This document shows, one piece after another, positions 12,101-24,129 of a DNA stretch of 64,000 nucleotides; position 1 is the stretch's first letter, and each line of letters starts with the position of its first letter. The DNA is from Podarcis erhardii (lineage: Eukaryota), in NCBI GenBank assembly GCA_964252035.1, contig OZ176204.1. One strand, written 5' to 3'. The notes under the pieces are model-generated. The model was not told the DNA's origin, did not search any database, and saw nothing but the letters and a program-made list of their open reading frames with translations. The position numbers were made by a program, and so were the translations under genes.

Positions 12101-15100
12101 TTCAGGCACAAATTCTTGAGACTTTCAGAGCCTTCTGCACATAGCAGAGCATCCAGACTCTCCATCAGATTCTAGAGGGGGGAAAGTTACTATGAACCAC
12201 AGCATATCCATTGCTTCTCACAGCCCCCCCAACGGATGCTGTACCCGATACAGTACTAGGAACATAGGACGCTGCTTTAGCCTGAGTGAGACTACAGGCC
12301 CATATAGCCAGTGGCGTAGCGTGGGTTGTCAGCACCCGGGGCAAGGCAAGTTAATTTGCGCCCCCTAACCCATGGATTTGCGCCCCCTAACCCGTGGATT
12401 TGCGCCCCCTAACCATAACCCCCATATGTTGCGCCCGGTGCGGCCGGCCCCCCCTGCACCCCCCACGCTACGCCACTGCATATAGCTCAGTCTTGTCTAC
12501 ACCAGGGGTTGTCAACCTGGTCCCTACTGCCCACTAGTGGGCATTTCAGGATTCTAGGAGGGTGGTAGGGGGTTCTACGGCACAAGCCGAATCGTCCTTC
12601 CATCGAGCACTGGTGGGTGGTAAGGAAATTTTAACATCAAGAAAGATGCATTAGTGGGTGGTAGGTATAAAAAGGTTGACTACCCCTGGTCTACACTGAC
12701 TAGCAATGGCTCTCCAGGACTTCAAGAAGGGGACATTCCTAGCCCTACCTGGATATGTCAGGGATCGAATTTAGGACCACCTACATGCAAGGCAGATGCT
12801 CTGCCACTGAGCTATGGCCCTTCCCCACAGAGTTTAATCATGACCCTTAATGGGAAGGATCTATATCAGTAAAATTCTAGGTCAGGAATGAGGAACCTTT
12901 GGATCTCTGAATATGGTTGACTTCAAATGCCCATCAGCCTCAGCCAGCATGGCTAAGGTAAGAGATGATGGAAGTTGCAGTCCAACATCTGTAGGACCAC
13001 AGGTTCTCCAACTCTGGTCTAAATGAAGCTGCCTTGAATACATACTATTATGTCTGGTCCCCTCTGTAATGGCTTTACAAAAGCTAATAAAAGCTGTCCA
13101 TTTAAAGAATGTTATTTGTTTGTAGACTGCTCTTTTACTTGTATTTGTTTTCATCTGATACTTTGGAATAACTTCTACTCTGCTGCTGGTCTTGGTGTTT
13201 TAAAATTCTTAACTTTTCTTTTGGTGTTTTAAAATTCTTAACTTTTATTTTGCTAAATCGTGTTTTGATTTTGTTGTTAGCTGCCTAGAGTTTTTTTGGG
13301 GGGGATTTGTGTACAAATGTCTTTAATAAATAAATCTGTTTAACTACTTCCATCTCTAGAAGGTATTCTTAAAAGGTATTCTGTCCCATCATCTAAAACA
13401 TAAATATTACCAAATATACATTTCCCAAGGCAGATAACCACAACAAATAAAAGCAACAGTTCTGCCTAAAACTGTGCTTCATCAAATCAAACCACACAGT
13501 GTGGATGGTGACACACAATTTTGTTCCCTCAGAATCTCAGCTGATTTCACAAAAGGAAATAAAAATGTACGCCCAGATGGTTGCACAGAGTAGCCTGAGA
13601 GTGAAGTGCCAGTGCTCGCATGAAGGATCCTTGAGTGGGGTTTCCTTGCACTAATCTGATTATGCTGTAATTCTCAAGCAAGGTGCTATTATACTGTAAT
13701 TAGCCTTGCTTCCTTATGGAGCTAATTCCCCCCACACAAAAGAAAACCCAGCTGTGATACATTTAGTTATGAAGCATTTTAAAGGATTTCTATTTTTGCC
13801 CTCTAGTTGCAAATCACAGCCTCATTATAGATATTTATACAGTGTCTAAAAGTCAACACATCATTTGTGCAAAAAGCACTATATGCCATTATTTCTTCTC
13901 TGTTACCAGTATTCAGAGGACAAAGAAAGCTAGCAGAAATATAAGCAACGCATGAGGTTGCATGCAGATATCAACTATATTTGAAATGAGACTGTCCATA
14001 CCTTGGCCAGGACCTTTAATACTATGGGAGACACTGTAACCAATATATTTAACAATGGATTAACATGTCTTTTCCACAAGCACACCATTGCCTCTTATTG
14101 CAGTCTCCCTAACCCTCACCTGCAGCACTTTCTTTTATTGCACTCTAGCTAGCCCTCACCTTCATACACAGTTCAGCCTTGTCAAAACCCATTAACATGT
14201 TGATGATGTCAAAGCCAGATGTGGATTTGTTCTTCTGATGAACTCCACGGATCAGTGCACACAGCGTCTGTGTTGGAAAGAGAAAAACACTAGAACTGTG
14301 AGAAAGCTTTCAGTGCACCAAAGGCCTATTATTATATGCCCTAGACCCTTACAGCTGTATTTTGGGAAGATGTTTACTTTGATTTAGTATAACACAGCGG
14401 ATTCATATTACATAGTCTTCACTCTCTTCCATGTCCATGCAGGCTGCATTTTTAGTATGCTTGCCTGTTTTGGAACTTGAAATATGCTTACATAGATTCA
14501 TTCTCAATTACTCTCCTGACTGCCAACAAAGTAGCAAAGAAGAAAAACCATTTTATTATTATATAAATGCTAACGAAGGGGATTTTTGGTCTAGCACACT
14601 GAACTGACATGTATCTTAGTCAATCTTAATGGGAATTGGACTCTTTCCTTCATCAACACTGATACAACTGTCATTAGCTGCCTGTTCCTGGGTTTAGCTC
14701 CACTGAAGACACAAAATGTAGAGTACAGCACCTGTAATGCATTGACCACTCTGATAGGATGTTCTTCTCCCAAAGCCCGGATGCAGCGCTGGAACAAACA
14801 GTTAATATTATCTTTTATCTTCATCAGCTCTTCACCATCTAGAGACTCCAGCTTCCCTTCCAGGTACTCCAAGTTCACCTGTCAAGACAAAGGGAAGAGG
14901 GAAAAGCCAATTCATGGAGTCACTGAGGACATGGCGAAAGGTGGAAAATTGCTACATAGATGAGTAAACATGAAGAGATTATTAGAAGACAGTGGATGTT
15001 TTTGATCTTTGGTATATTACCTTCATGAGGAAGAGCTCCTCCCAAAACCGAGGACTGCATTTACTGGGATCTTCTGTCTGAAAGAGAACGCAATTCCTGT

Positions 15101-15635
15101 TACAATGGCCACTGTGGATACAAAATATGGATGTCCTTATAGCAATATTATAACCATTCTAGGTTCAGGAAAACAGGAAACAGCATGCAGAAATGGGCCC
15201 TGAGACACACCATATATTCTTCCGCAGTTTATCAATGGTAGAGCCTGCAGAGGTAATTCTAAATGAGGAAATCTCCTGCTGTACAGATATACTCACCTCA
15301 AAGCAGGAAAGTAAAAGCATACCCAGAGGCAGAATTCACTGCATTCCCCTTCTCATTCTTAATACTAGATACTACTAATACTAAACTAAGAGACGAAACC
15401 AGAGATAATGCAATAAGGCACAGCTCTAGGGCAACCTGTGTTACACTTCCCAATGGGACTACTTCAGCATAGTAAAATGTATACTGCAGCTGAACAAAAT
15501 GCCACAATGAGGAGAGCAAAGTCCAATCCTTACCGTAAAGATCTCATCATACATTAGCACAACCTTCTCTTTCAAGGGTTTCTTACTAGCTGAAGATTTC
15601 CGGAGCAATCCGCCTTTCTTCTCAGCTTGCGCCAT
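8540..15635 (-). CDS. ARMH3: ARMH3 (C10orf76), armadillo-like helical domain protein 3; N-terminal 223 aa in 7 coding exons, gene continues left of the window
   Basis: Spliced exons 15534-15635, 15021-15077, 14732-14878, 14160-14267, 12079-12171, 10890-10964 and 8540-8626, all GT-AG and phase 0, give [33 protein letters not shown]...[13 protein letters not shown], near-identical to human C10orf76 as recalled. I could not find the next exon (SVNPYIVKL...) in 1-8539. Confidence 0.97.
9080..9135. repeat. (AAT)~18 microsatellite at the L2 tail
   Basis: Read directly. Confidence 0.97.
9136..10806 (-). mobile_element. Young 5'-truncated L2-clade LINE (RT domain + 3'UTR)
   Basis: ORFs 10196..10801 and 9274..10320 contain [44 protein letters not shown]; two frameshifts, no stops seen. 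Confidence 0.96.
10890..10964 (-). CDS. ARMH3: ARMH3 exon 7 (VTDNISQN...FEAILQ)
   Basis: 75 nt, CAG/GTAAGT. Confidence 0.96.
12079..12171 (-). CDS. ARMH3: ARMH3 exon 6 (NLMESLDA...LLLCLVT)
   Basis: 93 nt, TAG/GTAAGT. Confidence 0.96.
12309..12478. mobile_element. hAT MITE with internal 22-bp x3 tandem repeat
   Basis: 17-bp TIR CAGTGGCGTAGCGTGGG, 8-bp TSD CATATAGC; repeats start at 12354, 12376, 12398. Confidence 0.95.
12503..12688. mobile_element. hAT (Charlie-type) MITE
   Basis: TIR CAGGGGTTGTCAACCT / AGGTTGACTACCCCTG, 8-bp TSD GTCTACAC. Confidence 0.95.
12883..13016. mobile_element. Old hAT MITE (GGACTACA..TCCCATCA family)
   Basis: Degenerate TIRs; flanks TTCTAGGT / GTCTAAAT; similar to 33342, 33594, 49541. 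Confidence 0.75.
14160..14267 (-). CDS. ARMH3: ARMH3 exon 5 (TLCALIRG...AELCMK)
   Basis: 108 nt, CAG/GTGAGG. Confidence 0.96.
14732..14878 (-). CDS. ARMH3: ARMH3 exon 4 (VNLEYLEGK...RVVNALQ)
   Basis: 147 nt, CAG/GTGCTG; matches ORF 14591..14878. Confidence 0.96.
15021..15077 (-). CDS. ARMH3: ARMH3 exon 3 ([19 protein letters not shown])
   Basis: 57 nt, CAG/GTAAT. Confidence 0.96.
15534..15635 (-). CDS. ARMH3: ARMH3 exon 2, first coding (MAQAEKK...DEIFT)
   Basis: Acceptor CATAG at 15646, 11-nt UTR, ATG at 15635, donor GTAAGG; 102 nt coding. Confidence 0.96.
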
Positions 15636-18600
15636 GGCTTACAATCTATGGATAGAGAGACATGCCACATTTCAGAGAAGCTCTCTCAAGATTAATTTCC
15701 ACAGCATTCACACGTTTCCAGGTTATGCTCTGCTTTAAAAAAAATTTTAGAGCTTACAAGGCACTTTATAGCTATTAACTACATTACAACCATCTTAATT
15801 TCCTCTGGGCTGCTTCACACATATTTTTTCTACATAGGAGAAAAATGTACAAAAAATAAGTTTAATAAAATGCAAGTGTACATTTGTCCAAATGTGCATA
15901 ATACAAAATAGATTTGCACATGATTTTTTTATATGCAATGGTTTTCTTCTTATACCTGCTGCAGGAATCATTTCACTTCAGGTATTCTGGACAGAATGCG
16001 AAAGTGTGGAGCATGGAAGATTACAGATTCATTTAAAAAGGTGAGGAACTGGAGAGAAAGTCTTGTCAAAAGTAATCCAACAAATATCTGGCTAAGCCAG
16101 AGTCCCAAACAGGAAACCCCAAGCAGGAAGTATAAATTTAGCACCTAAGAAAGTAGAAATTGGTCTACTGAATACTATAGTTGTATCAGAAGTCCTGCTA
16201 AATTAGGAATCTTGCAACACAACTTCACACCAATCTTATACACACAAAAATCTGTACCTGTTAATATAAAAATGCAGTGCACACAAGCCACAGATACACA
16301 TTTAGAAATATATTATGTAGATACATACTCCAGGCAGTTAGCATTGACTGAAATTCTAAACATGTACAATTGATGATAAGCACACCTTTGTTTAACATAG
16401 GAATTGGCCCAAAGGAATATTTTCTATTCAACAACTATTCTCTACCATTATTGAAAAGTTTGCTTTCCTCTTGTGAGCAAGAAGTCACAAAGAAAGTGTC
16501 ACACTGCCCTACAATCCCATAGCCTACATATACTTTGCAAAAGTCTCCTTTCCTGGGGTAAACTACCAGCCCCCACCCCAATACTAGGATTACTGGATTT
16601 AAAGCAACTAGCATCTGTGCTGACATAGACTTATAGAGGTAAAGCAGAAGCTGGGGCATATGGCAGTTCCATTTAGGCACAATAAATAATGCACAGAGCA
16701 GCACAAACATGGTAGCACATCTGCAATGCCTAAAGAGCTCCTCATGTCAATTGTTTACAATAGAGAGAAAATACCACAACTTTCTCCTTCATGAGCACTT
16801 CCAGTGACTGACATATATTAGCTTCAGCCTACCACACAGAGATTTATCTTCTGCAAACATCAGACATATGAAGCAGGTCATATAGCAGGACATTTCTTCC
16901 ACACATTTGTCTGGTCTAAAGGGGCAGGTGCAGAAACATTCACCATTGTTACCTTTGGAACACAATGCCAATCTCTAGCAGGTAGTGCAATGTACTACTG
17001 GCATCACCTTCTTGTAATTTTCTGTGTTGTATTTAATTAACTTTTATTCCGAGTAGATGCATTGAAGTTAATGGACCTAAGTCAGCCATGGTCACTAATT
17101 TCAAGGGGTCTACTCTGAATACAAGTTGGTTGAATATGACCCAGAAAGTTGTAGGAAGGCGATACCAGTAGCACAACATTCTGTTTGTCAGACTCAAAGA
17201 TTTTTGCGACAAAAATCATAAAGTCGGAGCAAGATCAATAGGACACACTTATGTCCATATACTCTACCGGGAATACAACTAATCACACCATGTCACCACT
17301 ACTAAAACAACAAGCCATACTTCTGGTTCAAAGTTATTTCATGCGGTTAAAGAACATCCTTGTACACCTAGTCAAGAGTAACAGATTTCAGTTCTTGTGT
17401 TGGGTGCCCAGGAAAGCAAAATATTCTACATCCCTTTGTAAAGTGAGAGCAAAGAAGCTACAGACAGATAACACAATCATGCAGATAAGTTCACACTTTC
17501 AACAAGGCTAGAACTGGGACACAGGCTGTCCTAAACTAGACAGAGTACACATGCATATGGGAAATTGCTAGAGGCAACAATTAGGACTGTCTCTTCTATC
17601 TTACAGCTGCCTACGTTAGAGAATCCAAAGTAACATGTGGAAAGCTGTTAACAAAAAGTATACAAATACCCTCTCATTCTAAAACTTCAAGGGCTTTTTT
17701 GGTCTCGTGATCTACAGAAATCACTGGTACAGACCTTCATTCTTCTTCAGTTTTAGAAAAGTAGCTGCTTATTTCAACAAGCTATTACCATGTTTCCAAA
17801 CAAACACAGCATCATAATTCTAGCAGATTGAAATGCATCCCCAAAGTCTTCAACATCTGAGGGTCCACCAAGGGGCTGAGCAAGAGAGATCAACAGGTGG
17901 AATTGGTTATAGCATTCCTCCAGCATCCCAATCCAGAGCAATTTTTTTAAAAGCTTGACCGGGTAGCATGCAATACCCAAGGGTGGGGCAGGGCAGGGAG
18001 AGTTATAGTCAGACAGATTCCGATTTTCAAATAATGCCCTAAGTGCTACCAACAAACAGGAGAAGGATATTGTTATGCCCTGGTTGTGAACCTCTCCAAC
18101 TTCTCTCTCTAGTCACCGGTGACAGCCAGAGACCAGACCCAAAGTAATGTCTGCCACCACAGACTGAAACCCACTGAAGCAATGTCAGAGTACGCAGCTG
18201 CTGTGTTCCTGCATCACCACCCCTCTGCTTTCTCCAGCCCCTTCGGCCTGCTGTAACAGGCAGAGAAGAAAAAAGGCAACAGAGCAACAGGGCGTGACAC
18301 AGAGCAGCTACATACACAGCTGCTGCCAGATACATTAATTTCTCCTTATCTCATATTATGCAGAAAGACTAGAAAAGAAGAAGCGAGATTAAACATTGAC
18401 TTTTGCAGAGATGACATTAAAATCAGGAAATACTCTATGGCACCATACAATTATATGGTGAAACTGAAATATTTCTAGAAATAGAATTTTCTGTTCTAAA
18501 CATAATATTTTACAGTGCAATGTTTCCCTGTCATAACTTGCAGTCTCATCCCATGACTGAAACTACGTAAGAAGAACTCTGCTGAGCTTATCTTGTCCAC

Positions 18601-21600
18601 CATTCTGGTCTCAGTAGCCACCAGATGCCAAAGGGAAGCCCCTAGGCAAGGCATGCCTGCAACAGCACTCTCCCATTCCCGGCAAATGATATTCAGAGGC
18701 AAGCTCATTTCTTTCTACTGCCAGAGTTTAAAACTGATCTACAAGGGAACAAAATTAAGCCCACAATAACCTCAGAATGGCCTCAGTGCCTATAAATTAA
18801 GCCTCTTGCGGCCCCACATCCAGGAATACATTTGCACACCTAGAACTAATTGGAACTAAGGAAACCACTTGTGTGTAAGCAATATAGACTCCAACTGCCT
18901 CATATTAAGTTGCAAACACACTCCACAACCAGTGGGGGGTAACATTATTTTATTATCCTGAAACCTACAGCTGAAGTAATGAAGTAGCCAGTTTTGAATT
19001 TCAAACTTCTTATCCCGAGAAAGCAAAGCATCTTACCGAAGTTCGTTACAGGTGTGATACAAGTACCTTCCTTAGAATCAGCACTTACAATTTTGATCTT
19101 CTTTTCTACAGCTCAGTGTCTAAGAAGTCCCCATGTGAAGCAGCTACTACTTCTGTAATACAAAAAGAAAGGGAGAAAAGGATACAATAAGATCAAGTTT
19201 GCAATGCAAGAACCCCTGCTGTCCTGCCATGTTCCGACTCTCAGGTTAAAACCTGCCTGACAATGACTTGATTCACTGCCCAGCAACTTTAGCTCACGTG
19301 TTTCAGATCCCTCCACCACAAAAACACCCAACCGACTGATCTTACTAACACAGAGAGGGAAAATACAGAAGCAAAATGAGAAAGGAGAATTAGAGAAGGA
19401 AAAATAAAATAGACACTGTTGGCATAACCAACCACAACTACTTCTAGAGAACGGCAGACAAACGGACGGTAACCCATTAAGAGTTACACATATCAGTCAC
19501 AAATATGCAGTTTTATTTATGATATTTAGAAGCATAATATAAGATGTCCCTCTACATCAGAGCCTCTGAACAGCTTACAAAGGATTCCCAAGAATCCACC
19601 CCTTATAGCAGGGGTGGGAAGAGTGTAGACTGGAATCTACTGATAGATCTCTAGACAATTTGCAATACATCAGCAAGCATTCCTGACTCCCAGTTGTTTA
19701 AAAATAGCAACAAGATGACTTTTCACACCTAAATTAGGCTGCAGAAATGAAGAACGCTAACCAGGAATGCACTTTTCTGTGAAAGGGTTGTGAGCTTAAT
19801 TCAGTTATGGTACTGAAAACCAATTCCTGGGCTCAGAATGTACTCAGAGGCACCCTCTTCTTTAATTATAACTGTATGTCTTTTGCTCCTGGCTCTGGTT
19901 AATAGATATTGGGACTCTAATAAAGAACAAAGAATATTTGCCAAGTCTGTAGTCTGTCTACTCTTTCCTGTTAGAGCCAATTCTGCTTCGTTCGTACTTG
20001 CGGCAAAAGTGTGCCAGGGACTTTCAGGCCAATCAATCTCAATTATAATAAACTAACCATCAACACTGGGACACAAACCTCTAATCAAATTTTGCTATTG
20101 GAATGTGAGCTGGTGGGCAATGTTACCTCTTGAACTAGAGAGGTATGGCTCCAAATTCCTACTTAGGCATGAATGCAGATTGTCTTTTAAGTTAACTGTA
20201 CTCTTACAACTTCAGCTCCCCTTCATTATGTACAAATGTTAATTATTTAAACAAAGCTTCAATGAGAAGTTACAGAAATAAAAACCATGAGGAAATCTTC
20301 TAATCTGTGTCAGAGCTACCACAAAATGTAAACCATGGAATCTGTTACCTTTGAATAAATGCTAATACACTTTCAAAGCACAGTGTTGGGATTATGTGAA
20401 CAGATACTCATTATGATGGGATATAAGGGGTTGCATCGAGTGGAGGCACAAGATGATGATGAAATTACTAATAGTGAAATCAAGTGGGGAATGCCAGGAA
20501 AAGTAACAAGAACACAGAGAAATATGAGAGAAGAATCAGATCATTCAAGGGAACTCCAAGGGTTGCAGATATAAAACAATTTAAAAACAAAAACTGCCAA
20601 TAAGGGCAGAAAATTCTCAGTAACCACAGAATATTGTTTGTGAAAAGGAGGGCAGAAATGGTGTGTGTATAGAAAGGGAATGGCCTGCTGGAGGAGGGAA
20701 GCCATAGTTACCTAGCTGTAACCCCATGTGCATTTTCCTATTTCCCTTATGGCTACTTTCATGCATAAAGAAAAGGGTCATCATGAATACCACATCAACT
20801 GTGGTTTTAAGTTCTGCAGCTTCTATTTTACTTCAAAGCATTTGCTTTATGAAATGGGGAAATGCATAAGGTATTTTATAAGTCATTTTTAGAACATATG
20901 CCTTGCCGTTAAGCAAGTGTTCACCATTTCAATTTTAAGTTCCCTCACTTGGTTATGTGTGACCCAAAAAAACTATATAGACCGAAGAAATCAAAACACA
21001 GGTATATTTTAAAATGAATACAAGTGGCACATGCAGATTGCAATATTTCTGAGAAGTTGTTTGATTTTATTAACATGTGCAAGCACACTTGGAGCAGCTT
21101 CAGACATTGCAAAACCCCAACACGGAGCTACTTCTGTGTGGGAGTTAACAAATACATAGATCATCAAAGAAAGTGGACAACACATATGTATTGTAATGCA
21201 TGTGTACACTTTCTTGTGCACCCAGCTGCTATAATCACTCAGCTTTCCTGTGAACACATAACAAAGTGCATACATGCACTGTGATGGGATAAGCTATAAA
21301 CATAGGAGCCAACTCCTACGAACCGATTAACAGTTTTCACTGTGCCCATAGGTATACCCTGGAAGGCTAAGAAAAGAAGGGAATCCACCCTTGAAGAATA
21401 TTAATTTAGTCATCTCCAAGAGCTGGGAATCGACTCTGTATTACGTGATCTATGAAGAATGGACCCCACACAGAAACAAGATTTGGGGCAGGGAAGCTAA
21501 TCTTTTATCAAAATATGTGGAAATAAGAGAAGAAAGAGCACACTGGTCCCAATTATGAGGGCAGGGAACCACGTGCTTAAGCGTGTGGGCAACAGCAGAA

Positions 21601-21689
21601 CAAGACACTTCACCTGCCCCCCAATGAGAGCTCTTCCCTCTTCCATACTACTGCAACAGGGGTGCAGGAAGGGGAAAGCGCTTAACAAC

Positions 21690-22350
21690 AGAAAAGAGGA
21701 GTGGGGGGAGATGACTCGAGCAGGAAATGCATAAAACTGCCTCCTGGGCAGCGGCACCTACCTACTTCCTCCCGCCCCACCCTGCCCCACCCCAACTCAC
21801 CTCCACTGTAAACGGGGCTCTCCTCTGCCCATCCCAGGTACGTCCCCCTATCCCACGTACACAGAAAAACAGGTGCGCTCAGGCCCCCTTCTCCCTAAAC
21901 ACGCCCCCAAGAGCGCCCCACAGGCAGCCTCCTCAAAGGTCCCCCTCTGCACCCCAACACGCCTCCCTCCCAGTCATGTTTTGCCCCCCGACCCCAGGCA
22001 ATGCCGCCAGGTCCTCTCCCACCGCCACCCCAACTTCGCACCCTGGCCGCTCCCTCCCTAGCCTCAAAGGGCGCAGCCTAACTACACAGCGCGGGGCGCA
22101 ACCGAGGCCGGACCCTAAAAGGAAGGGAGCGAAATAGCCCCCGTTACCTGAGCGGGGCGACCGCCTCTCGGCGCGCATGCGCCACCGAGTCAGACTTCGC
22201 CCCGCCCTCTCCCTACTACGCAGGCGCGCCGTCCTTTATCTGCCCGGTCCCACCTCCAACCACCTTGCGGAGAACGGCTTCTACTGGGTACTAGTGCGAG
22301 TTGAGTGCGGATGAAAAGAGAACGGCATAGGCGGGAGCCGGCCTTACACG
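21690..22350. promoter_or_regulatory. CpG-rich island / ARMH3 promoter with perfect NRF1 site GCGCATGCGC (22173-22182)
   Basis: Visibly high GC and CpG density against a CpG-poor background; NRF1 palindrome. Confidence 0.8.
22148..22230 (-). other. ARMH3: ARMH3 putative non-coding exon 1 (3' end 22148; 5' end approximate)
   Basis: Strong donor CAG|GTAACG at 22148/22147 inside a CpG-rich island, next to an NRF1 palindrome; exon 2 has only an 11-nt UTR before the ATG. Confidence 0.7.
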
Positions 22351-22609
22351 GGCATATATGGGGGGAGGGGAAGGAAACCTTCGGCAGAACTGGCTCCCCG
22401 CAGCCAGTTATTTTTGTAATCTACCCCACGATTAGAAAGTACGGAAGCAGTTGTAATTTTCACAGCCCGATCCACTGTATTTACATCCCACGCGCTTTTT
22501 TACCTAGGGGGAAGCTCTGTTAAACATATTGCGGCTTACTCCAGAGTCAACGTGCAAAGAATCGTACTACAGGGTTGCAGTGTCCTGCGTACGGGAATCT
22601 TAAGGCTGT

Positions 22610-22699
22610 CATAGCTGTCAACTTTTTTCTTTTCTTGCGAGGAATCCTATTCGGAATAAGGGAATTTCCCTTAAAAAAAGGAAAAAGTTGACAGCTATG
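22610..22699. mobile_element. 90-bp hAT mini-MITE in the ARMH3-HPS6 intergenic promoter region
   Basis: TIR CATAGCTGTCAACTTTT; reverse-orientation homologue at 61791-61880. Confidence 0.85.
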
Positions 22700-23277
22700 C
22701 TCCTAATGGAAAACTTCTCTTCTCCTTTACTAGTGAAAGGATCCACATCCACATAATTTGCCTCCAAGATCCCTAATCAGTTGATCCCCGTTCCTAAGAC
22801 CTTGAAGTAGCCTGTGTAAAAGAAGCAGTTACCACCACGAGGCAGGAGGAATCCTCCATGTGCTTTTACACACTCACACAGCACAAGCATGAAGAAACCC
22901 TAGCTGCAAATTAACCCATGCAATTTAATCAGATCAAATCAATCAGCTGGTTTGTTGTCCTGTAAATGTGTACTCTTCATGTACCGCTGCGCATACTCAC
23001 TGTTAGATAAGAACAAACTGTTGACGTTTGCTTCGCTTGCTTGCAGTCAGCAGATTTGCAGAAATTTGCAACTAGACGGCTGTTCATCCTGCTCTGCAGA
23101 TAGTCTGGGCGTGTTTGTCATTCCAGATTTTTTCCCTGCCCCTGCTTGTTTGCTTCTGAAGAAGAAATAAATACAAAGACGGGAAATGTGCCCCACTCTT
23201 GGCAAAGCAAGAAACCTCATCTGAGAAGTGTTGCTGTCAGCACACACATTTGTATAGTTCAGACACACCATCCTTAA

Positions 23278-23385
23278 GAACATAAGGACAGCCTGCTGGA
23301 TCAGGCCAGTAGCTGATCTAGTCCAGCATCCTGTTTTCATAGTGGCCAACTTGATGCCTAGGGCAAACCACCAAGCTGGGCCCAA
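23278..23385 (-). mobile_element. SINE 3' fragment (AAGAACATAAG..GCCTGCTGGATCAGGCC type)
   Basis: Resembles a common squamate SINE tail, recognised by eye. Confidence 0.6.
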
Positions 23386-24129
23386 TCCTTCCTATTCCCC
23401 ACTACTCCTATGCAGGTAAAACTGAGGTTGCTTTCTGAAAAACTGGAACACAATATTCTCTGAGCCAAGACAGATATGCAGCCCAATCCTATGCACCTTT
23501 ACTCAAACGTAAGTTCCACAGTGGTTCTAGAATGTAAGGGTGCACAGGACTGAACTTTGGTGGAGGTTTTATAAATGAGTTTAAGAAAGCAGCCTGATCC
23601 TATGGGAAGAAAATTCAGTTTATTTCAGTAGGGTTTATTCCCAAGGCTAGAAGCTGCTTTTTGTATACTTCAAGCCATGAACGTATTTGTTTGTGGACTG
23701 CACACCATGTTACTACAAGTTTAGACTGCCAACTTTACCCTAAAGCCACTTTCCTGCGAGGCCCACTCAAGCAGGGGGAACTATGACTGCACTGTTAAAT
23801 AAAACCAGTGACTGGTCTCCTGTCGGAAAACCCCGAGGAAGCCTTCTGCTGCTTTCAACAATCCTAAAAACCACTGACTTGTGATTTACTTCGACGGTAA
23901 ATTGCAGTGTTATACGAAGTAAACGCTGCTGAGCACCATGGGACTTGCACCGGAGTAAACATGCATTGCAGGTAATACAAAGCGGCTAATTTTGAGGGGC
24001 CAAAGGTCTGCTGAGTCCTCTCACCCTTCGTAGTAAATACTCTGCGACCTTCCTCTAAAAGTTAAACCGCTTAGAGATTCCGTCGAAATATGAAGCGCTA
24101 TACAAGTGAAAACTAATGATGATAATGAC

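Larger units (their letters stand above)
12257..12820 (-). mobile_element. tRNA-derived SINE interrupted by two hAT MITEs
   Basis: Head GGGCCATAGCTCAGTGGCAGAGC (A box) and ATTCGATCC (B-box-like); tail ..TCCTATGTTCCTA; homologous to copies at 45139 and 46947. Confidence 0.88.

Noticed and set aside
12354-12414. Short direct-repeat array resembling CRISPR
   Set aside because: Vertebrate DNA; contiguous 22-bp units without unique spacers, inside a hAT MITE
12760-12820. tRNA-like sequence with A/B boxes (also 45139 and 46947)
   Set aside because: SINE heads with degenerate B box and no complete cloverleaf; not tRNA genes
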